The notes below the pieces were generated by a model. It was not told the DNA's origin, ran no database searches, and worked only from the letters and a program-made list of their open reading frames with translations. A program made the position numbers and the translations under genes. Positions 37,313-46,565 of a stretch of 61,771 nt of DNA are shown one piece after another. Numbering within the stretch: the first letter of the stretch is position 1; the number at the start of each line of letters is the position of its first letter. Source of the DNA: Ruminococcus sp. (GTDB taxonomy: Bacteria; Bacillota_I; Bacilli_A; RF39; UBA660); NCBI GenBank assembly GCA_023663235.1, contig JAMPHW010000002.1:1-61771 (forward strand), in the 5' to 3' direction.

Positions 37313-38500
37313 CTACAAATAATTACTTTTGTCAAATACTTTTAAACGCATCATCGCGTTTACTTCTAACTTTTCAGAAATTTCTAAATAAACCTTCATT
37401 CTAGGATGTCTTGCCACTTCAATTTCTGTCCCATCTTCATCATATATCTTATTAATCGTATGTGTAATAAGTTCCATATTTGGACCAAAAAATTCTACAA
37501 CATCACCAATCTTAAAATAATTTCTCTCCTCTATTAAAACCACGTCCCCATTAACTTCCAAAACAATACCTAAAAAGTCTTGATTAGAAACTTCTTCTCT
37601 TCCTAAAAAATATTGTTCTTTATTAGTTGGCAATTTATCATAAAATTGGGGTGTACTTTCTCTATTAGCTGAGCGATTAATAATGTCATTAGCATATCTT
37701 ATGTCACCTTCTGTTAAAGTATGATTCTTAATTTTTAGCATAAGATTATGATATTCATGTATAATAGTTGCAATATAATAAACAGAGCGCATTCTACCTT
37801 CTACTTTAAAAGAATTAACTCCTATATTTATCATATCTTCTAAATAAAATGCCATATTTAAATCCTTAGGTGTCATACTAAATATTTTGTCTTCATCATT
37901 TACTTTAAAAGTCCAACGACATATTTGGGCACAACCTCCGCGATTAGAATCTCTACTCGTTGTTACGTTTGATAAAACACACTTGCCACTAAAACTTGTA
38001 CACATAGCTCCCTGAACAAAACACTCTAAATCCAAATTAGTTTTTTCTTTAATAACTTTTATATCCTCTCTTGAAGCTTCACGTGCTAAAACTATTCTTT
38101 TAACTCCTAACTTTTTATAAAATAAAGCAGCTTCATAATTAAGCGTTGAACTTTGCGTTGATATATGAATTTCTAAAGGAATATTATGTGTTCTTATACA
38201 ATTTATAACTGCCATATCACTTACAATTACGGCATCAACCTTTAAATTGGCTAATTCTTCTAAATAATCTTTTAAACCAGCTAAATCACTATTATGTAGT
38301 AAGATATTTACGGTAACATAAACTCTTTTTTTTAAATTATGAGCAAATTCTACCGCTTCTTTTAATTCATCACTACTAAAATTTATAGCATTAGCTCTTA
38401 GACTATAATTATACCCACCGATATATATTGCATCTGCTCCATATAAACAAGCTATTTTAAGTCTTTCTAAAGAACCAGCAGGAGCTAGTAATTCAATCAT
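37313..38500 (-). CDS. U32 family peptidase-like protein (YrrO/TrhP-type, tRNA ho5U synthesis)
   Basis: Starts MIELLAPAGSLERLKIACLYGADAIYIGG, typical of U32. Its position after a YrrN-like gene and trmR matches B. subtilis yrrMNO. Confidence 0.85.
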   Translation of the reverse strand: MIELLAPAGSLERLKIACLYGADAIYIGGYNYSLRANAINFSSDELKEAVEFAHNLKKRVYVTVNILLHNSDLAGLKDYLEELANLKVDAVIVSDMAVINCIRTHNIPLEIHISTQSSTLNYEAALFYKKLGVKRIVLAREASREDIKVIKEKTNLDLECFVQGAMCTSFSGKCVLSNVTTSRDSNRGGCAQICRWTFKVNDEDKIFSMTPKDLNMAFYLEDMINIGVNSFKVEGRMRSVYYIATIIHEYHNLMLKIKNHTLTEGDIRYANDIINRSANRESTPQFYDKLPTNKEQYFLGREEVSNQDFLGIVLEVNGDVVLIEERNYFKIGDVVEFFGPNMELITHTINKIYDEDGTEIEVARHPRMKVYLEISEKLEVNAMMRLKVFDKSNYL

Positions 38501-39300
38501 GGTAACTCCTCCTTTAACTTAACAATCATTTTTTTATCACTTAAATACTTATAAGGATATTTAGTCTCTAAATTATTATCACTATTTAATATTTCTTCTA
38601 CTTCTTCTGGCTTTAAAAACAAAGTATTAATAAGATTATATAAAACATTATCCTTATCCCTAAGGTTTAAAGCATTAAATGGCTTATTAGGATAAATTAC
38701 CGTTCCATTAACACTTTCTACTACCTTAAATTTTTGTTTAGAAATCTCTTCTTCTAAACTAGAATTTAAAGGTATGTTCTTATTAAATTCTTCGTTATAA
38801 TTAGTTAAAAGGGTTCTTCTTGAATACATAATACTAATAAAACCAAATGTATATAAAACTACTGGTTTTAAAGCTTTAGCTAATATTTCATCAATTTCCT
38901 CTAAATTAATATCAGGACTTACAACAACACTATCCACATATTCTAAATAAGCATTAATACTTTCATAATTACAATTTAAATGATTTAAAAACAAAATGGT
39001 GGTTATGGGAAGCTTAAGATCTAATAAAACATTTAAAACTCCTATATCATCAAAAACAATACCTTTTATATCATTAGGTAGATTCTCTAATAATTTTCTT
39101 AAATTATCTATATCCTTATTATCAAGAACTCTATTTAAAAATATAAAAGAGCCCATAGGAAGTTCTTCTACTTTAAAAGTATTAGGCATTCCTACTGTAA
39201 AATCTTTAATAGGAAAAAGAAAAGTAATATCATCCTTTTCTTCTAGCTTATCTACTAACTCTATATTATCTACTAATAATAACGTTTTATTTCTTTTCAT
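38497..39300 (-). CDS. U32 family protein (YrrN-like)
   Basis: 267 aa with ATGA overlaps to both neighbours. Position and size fit the shorter U32 partner (YrrN) in the yrrMNO arrangement. Confidence 0.6.
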   Translation of the reverse strand: MKRNKTLLLVDNIELVDKLEEKDDITFLFPIKDFTVGMPNTFKVEELPMGSFIFLNRVLDNKDIDNLRKLLENLPNDIKGIVFDDIGVLNVLLDLKLPITTILFLNHLNCNYESINAYLEYVDSVVVSPDINLEEIDEILAKALKPVVLYTFGFISIMYSRRTLLTNYNEEFNKNIPLNSSLEEEISKQKFKVVESVNGTVIYPNKPFNALNLRDKDNVLYNLINTLFLKPEEVEEILNSDNNLETKYPYKYLSDKKMIVKLKEELP

Positions 39301-39883
39301 CTTTTCTTACACTTACAGAAAGACCATCACCAACATCATAAAAGGTAGTTTCAAATTCTGTATTTTCCTTTAAAAAAGTAATATAATCTTCTATTTTACC
39401 AACTAAACTACGTAAGTTTTTAGATTCAATTTCTTTTGAATGGCCAACATTACCATGAAATTTTAAATTATCAGTAATTATTGCTCCACTTGGAGCTAAA
39501 AAATACTTAAACTTTTCAAAATAATTAGTGTATTGCCCTTTAGCTGCATCTATAAAGATTAAATCATAACTAACATTAGATAAATTAACATCTAAAGCAT
39601 CTTGAAAAACAACATTTATTTTATGCTCAAAATTACATTTTTTAACGTTTTTTAAGCATTCCATATATCTTGCTTCATCTCTTTCAATTGTCGTTAAAGT
39701 TATTCCTTCTTTAACACTTGCCATTAGTATTGATGAATATCCAATAGCACTTCCAATCTCTAAAATATTTTTAACATCATGTGATTTTATATATTTCATA
39801 ATAAATGTTATTGAAGCTTTTTCAATTATTGGAACATTATGTTCCGCGGCATAAGCTTCCATTTCTAAAATTAACTCTTTCAT
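39287..39883 (-). CDS. trmR: SAM-dependent O-methyltransferase, TrmR (YrrM)-like tRNA mo5U34 methyltransferase
   Basis: HNVPIIEKAS...ILEIGSAIGYSS...IFIDAAKGQYTNYF...ITDNLKFHG...VGDGLSVS closely follows B. subtilis YrrM, and the synteny agrees. Confidence 0.75.
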   Translation of the reverse strand: MKELILEMEAYAAEHNVPIIEKASITFIMKYIKSHDVKNILEIGSAIGYSSILMASVKEGITLTTIERDEARYMECLKNVKKCNFEHKINVVFQDALDVNLSNVSYDLIFIDAAKGQYTNYFEKFKYFLAPSGAIITDNLKFHGNVGHSKEIESKNLRSLVGKIEDYITFLKENTEFETTFYDVGDGLSVSVRKDEKK

Positions 39884-39893
39884 TTAATTCTCC

Positions 39894-40958
39894 TTATTCG
39901 TAAACGTACCATAAACCATTTCTTTTTAATTCATCTGTCTTGGCTATATGTTCGCTATATGTTTTTGAAAAATAAGTCTTTTTATTCTTATCAGCCACAA
40001 AAAAATAATAATCATGATCTTTAGGACTTATTGTAGCCTTAATAGATTCAAAACTTGGATTACTAATTGGTCCAACTGGAACTCCAACTATCGCACAAGT
40101 TCCTCTAGTGTTATAGGGATTACATGCATTTATCTCATCTAAATACAAATCAGTTGAAAAGTCTTTTTTAGCCGCATAATAAGCTGTTACATCACTACCT
40201 AAAGCTTCATTATTATTTAAACGATTATAAAAAACTCCGGCAACCCCTGCTCTATCATCAGCATTAGCACCTTCACTCTCCACTATACTAGCAAGAGTAA
40301 TTATCTCGTGAACAGTATATTTTGAGTTTTCAATATCATCTTTTATATCTTTTAGCTTTGTCTCCATACCATCTAATAATCTTGTTATAATGTCTTTTAT
40401 ACTACTACCATTATATAAATTATAAGTACTTGGAAATAAATAACCCTCTAAAGGATAATAAATTCCATCTTTTAAAATATCTTCTGTTAAAAACCAATAT
40501 TTATTAATTAATTCCTCTAAGTATTCTCTATCATTTAAAAATTCCATTACTTCATCAGGTGTAGAATTGGTAGCCTCAGCAATAACCTTAGCATAATCAG
40601 TAATTCTTTTACCTTCGATAAAAGTTAAAGAAAAAGTATTTTCGATTTTTTTGATATCACCAGTATTTAACTTAGCAATTATTTCCTTGGCATCCATATT
40701 AGGCTTTAACTCATATAAACCGGCTTGTAAACTAATGTCATTATATAAAATATATATAGTTGATGCTAACTTACTTTTTATTAACCCTTTATTTTTTAAA
40801 TCATTAACAATATCTAATTTGTTAGCACCCGCTGAAACATTAAATTCGATAGTAGTATTACTATTTGATACTGGTTTTAAACCTGCAAAATATAATCCAA
40901 AAGCTGCCCCTAGAAAAACGCCAATTATGGCTATAAAAATAATAACTTTATTTTTCAT
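39894..40958 (-). CDS. mltG: Endolytic murein transglycosylase MltG (YceG-like)
   Basis: N-terminal TM and a YceG domain (LASIVESEG, VFYNRLNNNEALGSDVT, PGPISNP). ATG 40958 (RBS AAAGAGG) is preferred; the alternative is 40985. Confidence 0.9.
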   Translation of the reverse strand: MKNKVIIFIAIIGVFLGAAFGLYFAGLKPVSNSNTTIEFNVSAGANKLDIVNDLKNKGLIKSKLASTIYILYNDISLQAGLYELKPNMDAKEIIAKLNTGDIKKIENTFSLTFIEGKRITDYAKVIAEATNSTPDEVMEFLNDREYLEELINKYWFLTEDILKDGIYYPLEGYLFPSTYNLYNGSSIKDIITRLLDGMETKLKDIKDDIENSKYTVHEIITLASIVESEGANADDRAGVAGVFYNRLNNNEALGSDVTAYYAAKKDFSTDLYLDEINACNPYNTRGTCAIVGVPVGPISNPSFESIKATISPKDHDYYFFVADKNKKTYFSKTYSEHIAKTDELKRNGLWYVYE

Positions 40959-40977
40959 AATACCTCTTTTATTCTTT

Positions 40978-41253
40978 TTAATCACTCATTTTATCTTCAA
41001 TTTGAGCAAGTAAACTTTCAATTAAATTCCACTCTTTATCAGACTCTATATCTTTTAACTCTAAATTATCTCCCATTTTGTTATATGTTGCTGCATAAGT
41101 TATTAAACTACCATCTTCATCGGTATTATTATCTGTAAAAACAATATAACTCTTTTTAGTTTCATCAGAATCAAAAGTAAATAATATTTCATACTCTATT
41201 GATTTACCATCACCGTCTGTTACTGTAAAAAAACGCCCTTTTTCATTATTCAT
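40978..41253 (-). CDS. DUF1292 family protein (YrzB-like)
   Basis: 91 aa, acidic (FTVTDGDGKSIEYEILFTFDSDETKKSYIVFTD). Position between ruvX and mltG as in B. subtilis. Confidence 0.75.
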   Translation of the reverse strand: MNNEKGRFFTVTDGDGKSIEYEILFTFDSDETKKSYIVFTDNNTDEDGSLITYAATYNKMGDNLELKDIESDKEWNLIESLLAQIEDKMSD

Positions 41254-41671
41254 GTTTTTCCTCCATTTTTAAAAAAGTATCAAGTATTATCTCAGCTGCT
41301 ATTCCATCAATTACTTTTTTTCTTTTATTTCTGCTAACATCAGCATCAATAAGCATATTTTCTGCTTCAACTGTACTTAATCTCTCATCAATTAGATGAA
41401 TTGGAATATCTATTTTACTTTCTAAAAGCTTTTTAAAATCCAAACTTCTAGAACTAGCATACCCAAGAGAGTTATTCATATTTTTAGGCAAACCTAAAGC
41501 TATCTTGCTAATATTATATTCATTAACAATTTTTATTACTTCCTCTGCTGCCATATCATAATCTTCGTTCTTAAAACGAATTACTTTTAGAAATCTTGTA
41601 ATTGTTCCTGTTCTATCAGTTATAGCAACACCAAGAGTTTTTGTACCTAAGTCTAGTCCTAAATAACGCAT
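41246..41671 (-). CDS. ruvX: Holliday junction resolvase-like RuvX (YqgF)
   Basis: Starts MRYLGLDLGTKTLGVA with DERLST near the C-terminus. ATG 41671 (RBS AAAGGA) is preferred. Confidence 0.9.
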   Translation of the reverse strand: MRYLGLDLGTKTLGVAITDRTGTITRFLKVIRFKNEDYDMAAEEVIKIVNEYNISKIALGLPKNMNNSLGYASSRSLDFKKLLESKIDIPIHLIDERLSTVEAENMLIDADVSRNKRKKVIDGIAAEIILDTFLKMEEKHE

Positions 41672-41759
41672 AACGAAGTCCTTTCTAAGTACATACAACA
41701 TTTTAACAAATTTTTATGTAAATTACAAGACTATAAAAAAACAAGTCTTATAAACCTGT

Positions 41760-42002
41760 TTACTTATCTAATTTGCAGCTCCCTCTCCATGTTACAATTG
41801 TTTTGCCATTTTCATCCAAACCATAATTATAACATATTGTCGCGGTCTCATTACAAGCAGCTAATTTACAATGTTCTTCGATTTCTTTTTTGCGATTATT
41901 ATAATTAATAGTTGGAACTAAATAACACATAATAAAACATTCTATAGCTACTAATATAATTATAGTTATAAAAAAGTATTTTAAATTTATTTCTTTTTGC
42001 AT
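41760..42002 (-). CDS. Hypothetical small membrane protein
   Basis: 80 aa with one TM and 4 Cys in the C-terminal half. Confidence 0.45.
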   Translation of the reverse strand: MQKEINLKYFFITIIILVAIECFIMCYLVPTINYNNRKKEIEEHCKLAACNETATICYNYGLDENGKTIVTWRGSCKLDK

Positions 42003-42011
42003 AACTTCTCC

Positions 42012-42413
42012 TTACAAATTAGGTGTTACAAACTTATATAAAACAATAAACGCTAATAAGAGAATTATTGCCCCAAAGAATATTGCTTCATATAATTTAA
42101 TTGTTCCTTTTTTATTTATTTTTCCTTCTGTAGTTTTAACTTCCTCTTTTTTATCTAATACAAGAGAATTACTATTAACATTAGATGCTTCTTTTTCTTT
42201 TATCTCCAGCTTAGAAGTATTAGTCTTTGCTTCTTCTTTTACTACAGTTTTATCCTTTTTAGCAGTTGTAGTTGTTTTCTTTGTATTTCTCATTTTAGAA
42301 GGGCTTTTCTTAGCAGTAGATGCCCCACTTTTTTTAGATTCTGCTTTTACATTTTTAGTAGCTTTTCCAACATCTTTGTTGGTACTATTTGCTTTTCTCT
42401 TCTCTTCTGCCAT
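42012..42413 (-). CDS. Hypothetical Lys/Thr-rich tail-anchored protein
   Basis: 133 aa with a low-complexity basic N-terminal ~100 aa and a single C-terminal TM (AIFFGAIILLLAFIVLY). Confidence 0.5.
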   Translation of the reverse strand: MAEEKRKANSTNKDVGKATKNVKAESKKSGASTAKKSPSKMRNTKKTTTTAKKDKTVVKEEAKTNTSKLEIKEKEASNVNSNSLVLDKKEEVKTTEGKINKKGTIKLYEAIFFGAIILLLAFIVLYKFVTPNL

Positions 42414-42421
42414 AATATCAC

Positions 42422-43015
42422 CTACTTAGCTGTAAAACTATCTTTAGTTTTAAAGTAATAATCACAAGCACTAACAACAGATAAAACAGTTGCTATAATA
42501 ATTAAAGCATAACCTATATTTAAACCAACTAATTCAAATGGTAAATTGTAAAATAAAGTTAGAGCAATACCTATCATCATACACATTGTCTTAGCTTTTC
42601 CAATATAAGAAGCAGCTACAACCTTACCTTTTTTGCCACTAGCCATTTTAAACGAGTCTACAAATATATCCCTTGTTATTATAATAACTGGTATAGCAAC
42701 ACTTATAAAACCATCATAAGCTAAGATTATAAGAATTCCATTAACTAAAACTTTATCAGCTATTGCATCCATTACTTTGCCAAAATCTGTTACCATATTT
42801 TTGCTACGCGCAATATAACCATCTAAAAAATCGGTTAACGCAGCTATTATAAATAAAGCACCAGCTATTATATATTTTAAATTAATAACTATTTTTCCTG
42901 CTACATTAAATGTTGGAAAATCTATTCCTAAACTGTACCAAGGTATCATTAACATTATTAGCATTAATACTGATACAACTATTCTTCCCATTGTTAATTT
43001 ATTAGGTAAATTCAT
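42422..43015 (-). CDS. pgsA: CDP-diacylglycerol--glycerol-3-phosphate 3-phosphatidyltransferase
   Basis: CDP-alcohol phosphatidyltransferase motif DFLDGYIARSKNMVTDFGKVMDAIADK, multiple TMs, and a position after the RodZ-like gene as in B. subtilis ymfM-pgsA. Confidence 0.92.
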   Translation of the reverse strand: MNLPNKLTMGRIVVSVLMLIMLMIPWYSLGIDFPTFNVAGKIVINLKYIIAGALFIIAALTDFLDGYIARSKNMVTDFGKVMDAIADKVLVNGILIILAYDGFISVAIPVIIITRDIFVDSFKMASGKKGKVVAASYIGKAKTMCMMIGIALTLFYNLPFELVGLNIGYALIIIATVLSVVSACDYYFKTKDSFTAK

Positions 43016-43027
43016 AACTTCACTCCT

Positions 43028-43510
43028 CTAAAACGCAACATAACTAACTTCACTAGTTATATGATTTCCTATTGTTATTTGTTTTACACTCCATAGTATC
43101 GCTAAAATAACAAGTAATAATATTCCTAAATATATCATTACATAATAACTTCTTTTATACTTTTTAGGCGGCCTAGTATAAGGACTTACAACCTTATTAC
43201 TTTCAGCTTTAGCCTCTTTTTTCGCTTGTTTTTCGATCTTTTTAATAGGTATCTTAGAAGTATATTCAAACATATACTCATTAAATTCATCAATTAACTT
43301 ATTAGCATCTAAACCTAAGTATTTAGCATAACTACTTATGTAACCTTTTAATTTAAAAATATCTTTAAAGCACCCTATTTTTCCTTCTTCAATATTAAGT
43401 AAAAATTCTGCTTTAATATCTAAATCTTCACTAGCTTCTTTGATACTAACCCCTGTAAATTCTCGAGTTTCTTTTAATAAACTCCCTATATTATCCAAGG
43501 TTTTCTCCAC
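43028..43510 (-). CDS. RodZ/YmfM-like HTH membrane protein (short)
   Basis: N-terminal HTH (LLKETREFTGVSIKEASEDLDIKAEFLLNIEEG) and one TM. The start is uncertain (GTG 43510 abuts the RBS; TTG 43498 is possible). Confidence 0.65.
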   Translation of the reverse strand: MEKTLDNIGSLLKETREFTGVSIKEASEDLDIKAEFLLNIEEGKIGCFKDIFKLKGYISSYAKYLGLDANKLIDEFNEYMFEYTSKIPIKKIEKQAKKEAKAESNKVVSPYTRPPKKYKRSYYVMIYLGILLLVILAILWSVKQITIGNHITSEVSYVAF

Positions 43511-43525
43511 TCCTTTTTAATCAAA

Positions 43526-43877
43526 AATAATATAACTAAGCCATGTTCTGTTCCTTTAAAAGGCGACAAATATTTATCTACTAGTTACCTAGTCCCTTAC
43601 GCCATTATTATTCTTTTGTAAGAGCTCTCCTACCAAATTTGGATTTCTCACTCGTGGGGTTTACCGCGTTCCACTTCCACCGTTTCCGATTTCTTCGTCA
43701 CTATGGCACTTTATTCCTACTACTTCCATAATTTCTTTTAGGAAGCCTTGGAGCCGTTAGATTTCTCTACCTTAGGTTATTTTTTCCCTAAGCACGAACA
43801 CTACAATCATTCCAGATATGTGTGAGCATGGACTTTCCTCTACATAATTTCTATGCAGCATTTGTCTTTATATTATT
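43526..43877 (-). ncRNA. rnpB: RNase P RNA, bacterial type B
   Basis: The minus strand contains GUAGAGGAAAGUCCAUGCUC, GUAGUGUUCGUGC, AAGUGCCAUAGUGACGAAG, GUGGAACGCGGUAAACCCC, GAGAAAUCCAAAUUUGGUAGG and GGAACAGAACAUGGCUUA, collinear with B. subtilis rnpB. P1 is formed by AAUAAUAUAA (43868-43877) and UUAUAUUAUU (43526-43535). Confidence 0.95.
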
Positions 43878-44208
43878 CATATTTTCCAAAAACAACTTTT
43901 TCAAGCTGACTTATTCTTTTTAATAAATCAACATTATTAACAGCTGCACTGCTATTACTACTAGCTTCTTCGCTAGCTACTAATTGTTCACGTAATTTTC
44001 TAATCTCTGCTTTTAATTTAGCATTATCATCTGCTAGATCTTTCATTTCCTTTTCGTTTCTCTTAATGATGTTAATAAATTCTGTATAATCTCTTATAAT
44101 CATATCTAGGTATTTATCAACTTCTTGAGGACGATATCCTCTAGCATCAATTTTAAATTCCTTATCAAGTATCTCTTGAGGTGTCAAATAAATTCTTTCA
44201 CTATACAC
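43873..44208 (-). CDS. gpsB: Cell cycle protein GpsB (DivIVA domain)
   Basis: LTPQEILDKEFKIDARGYRPQEVDKYLDMIIRDY with a coiled coil and C-terminal LLKRISQLEKVVFG. Adjacent to rnpB as in B. subtilis. Confidence 0.8.
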   Translation of the reverse strand: MYSERIYLTPQEILDKEFKIDARGYRPQEVDKYLDMIIRDYTEFINIIKRNEKEMKDLADDNAKLKAEIRKLREQLVASEEASSNSSAAVNNVDLLKRISQLEKVVFGKYE

Positions 44209-44292
44209 AAAAAGCCACTCCTTAACCTGTATTAATTATAATATTTTTTAGGTTATTTTGTCAATCTATAGTATAAAAGAAATGTAAACAAA

Positions 44293-44943
44293 TTATTTTA
44301 ATGTATCACTTTTCTTAACAAGATATATTTTATTCTGACGATAAAAAGCATAAAAAACATCATTTACTTTTATTTTCTTTTTACTTAACTCAAGTTCTAG
44401 CCAACTAGTAGTTTTACGAATGTATTTAAGGGCTTTCTTTTGAATACTACCATCAACAATTAAAGGCATCGGATAAGCACTTTTCATTTTAAAGAAATTA
44501 TATTTAAAAATAGATAATTTACCATTAGGTTCTAAAAAAGCATATTCGACATCTTCTATATTCCTAATTTCTTTTTGTCTCAAGCTAAGAAGCAAATCAT
44601 CCATACTATAACGTTGTTTAACCATTTCATGATAATTTATCTTACCATTAACAATAATTAAGGATGGCTTACCTCCAAATATTGTTCTAAAGGTCCTTGA
44701 TTTTATAGAAATATAAGCAAGTAATAATTCTAATAAAACAAGTAAACTTATTGGTAAAATAGTAAGAAATATTGATTCTTTATTATTCTCTATACTGATA
44801 GCAACGAGTTCTGCTATTAAAATAGACACTATTAAATCAATAATACCTAATTGTCCAACTTCTCTTTTTCCCATAATACGATAAGCAAGTGTAATAAAAA
44901 AATAAAAGAATAACGTTCTAAATACAACATTAAATAATTCCAT
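44293..44943 (-). CDS. DUF421 (YetF-like) membrane protein
   Basis: YRIMGKREVGQLGIIDLIVSILIAELVA pattern. ATG 44943 (RBS AGGTGA) is preferred. Confidence 0.7.
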   Translation of the reverse strand: MELFNVVFRTLFFYFFITLAYRIMGKREVGQLGIIDLIVSILIAELVAISIENNKESIFLTILPISLLVLLELLLAYISIKSRTFRTIFGGKPSLIIVNGKINYHEMVKQRYSMDDLLLSLRQKEIRNIEDVEYAFLEPNGKLSIFKYNFFKMKSAYPMPLIVDGSIQKKALKYIRKTTSWLELELSKKKIKVNDVFYAFYRQNKIYLVKKSDTLK

Positions 44944-45016
44944 AATATCACCTAAATCTATTATGATACTATTCATATTTTTTTAATCATCTAATATATA
45001 TTATTAAGGTGATTAA

Positions 45017-45397
45017 ATGGAAAAACTATTAAATTATTTAAAATATTTAGGCTTATTTATAGTTTTTATAATTGTTATAAGTCTAATAACATCTCTAATA
45101 AGTTTAACTGGTATCAATAGCATTTTAATAAATAAACTTGGTATTATTTTAACAGCTTTATCATTTTTTATTGTTGCGTCTATTGCCAGTAGCGAAACTA
45201 AAGAAAAAGGCTATATTTTAGGTTTAAAGTTAGGTTTATTATTTATTATAATTTTACTATTTACTAACTTAATAATTTTTAAAAGTAGCTTTAGCATTGA
45301 TAGACTACTATACTACATTATATTAATTTCAAGTGGTATCCTAGGTGGCTCTTTTGGTAAAAATTTTAAAATAAATTTATTTGCCAGAAAAAAATAA
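45017..45397 (+). CDS. Small multi-pass membrane protein (YrzE/TIGR04086-like)
   Basis: 126 aa with 4 TM helices. RBS AAGGTGA. Confidence 0.55.
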   Translation: MEKLLNYLKYLGLFIVFIIVISLITSLISLTGINSILINKLGIILTALSFFIVASIASSETKEKGYILGLKLGLLFIIILLFTNLIIFKSSFSIDRLLYYIILISSGILGGSFGKNFKINLFARKK

Positions 45398-45422
45398 ATC
45401 TTAAACTATTATTATAATCCTT

Positions 45423-45449
45423 ATCTCCAATATATAAATTGGAGATTTT
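45423..45449 (+). terminator. Rho-independent terminator
   Basis: ATCTCCAAT-ATATAA-ATTGGAGAT followed by TTT. Confidence 0.75.
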
Positions 45450-45550
45450 AAAATCATCAAATTTCTAGATTTCTTAGTGAAATCAATTTCTTAACTTATT
45501 ATTGCCTTTTTTTATTTTTATGATAGAATAATGATATTTGGTGATTATAT

Positions 45551-46453
45551 ATGTATAAAAGTAATATTAATTTAAATTTATATAAAAATTTTTACGAAGT
45601 TGCTAAATACGGTAGTATTAGTGAAGCAGCTAAACAAACCTATTCTTCTCAACCTGCGGTTAGTAAATCTATTAAAAAATTAGAAAGTGATCTTAATGTA
45701 AAACTCTTTTACAGGACTTTAAATGGTGTAGAGTTAACAGACAAAGGAAAAGAATTATTATTTTTCGTTGAAAAATCCTTTAATAATCTTGTTATCGCGG
45801 AAAGACAAATGATAGAAGATAATAACTTAGAAAGAGGAAAATTATCAATTGGCATGCCTTCTAATGTTGGCTCGTTTTATTTATTTGATAGTATAGTTGA
45901 ATTTCACAAGAAATATCCTAATGTAGAAATTACTATTATAACTGGCTCTTCATCAAAATTAATGAGCTTGCTTGATTCTCACATAATAGATTTCTTTATT
46001 GATACAGCACCTATTAATACCAAAGATAGCGATAGTCTATCTATTGTCGAATTAACTTCTGTTAAATATTCTTTTATTGCTAAAAAAGACACTAAAATCA
46101 AAGGTATAAACAATATAAAAAAACTTAAAGACTTAAAAAATAAGCAATTAATTCTCCCTATTCCAGGAACAGCAAATAGAAATGATTTAGATAAACTATT
46201 TTTTGACAATAATATAGAAATTGAAAACATCTTAAACATACATACTAGTGAAATGATTATAGCTGCTGTAAAAAAAGATTTAGGAATAGGATATGTTATC
46301 GAAAATCTAGCAGATAATGATATTCAAATATTAAAAATAACTGAAGATCTTCCTACAGTGGAAATTGATTTAGTATATAATAAAAATTATTTAACAACTT
46401 CTTCAATTAAGTTTATCAACAATTACTTAAAAGACATGAAAACTAAGTTATAA
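45551..46453 (+). CDS. LysR family transcriptional regulator
   Basis: N-terminal HTH (FYEVAKYGSISEAAKQTYSSQPAVSKSIKKLESDLNVKLF) and a ~200 aa substrate-binding domain. Confidence 0.9.
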   Translation: MYKSNINLNLYKNFYEVAKYGSISEAAKQTYSSQPAVSKSIKKLESDLNVKLFYRTLNGVELTDKGKELLFFVEKSFNNLVIAERQMIEDNNLERGKLSIGMPSNVGSFYLFDSIVEFHKKYPNVEITIITGSSSKLMSLLDSHIIDFFIDTAPINTKDSDSLSIVELTSVKYSFIAKKDTKIKGINNIKKLKDLKNKQLILPIPGTANRNDLDKLFFDNNIEIENILNIHTSEMIIAAVKKDLGIGYVIENLADNDIQILKITEDLPTVEIDLVYNKNYLTTSSIKFINNYLKDMKTKL

Positions 46454-46565
46454 CCCCCATAATTATTTTTTATAGGTATAAACTTTATCTATATTTTATA
46501 TGAAAATTTAATATTTGTTTTATTAATATTTTAAGATTATAATTTATTTGTCAGGAGGAAATATT

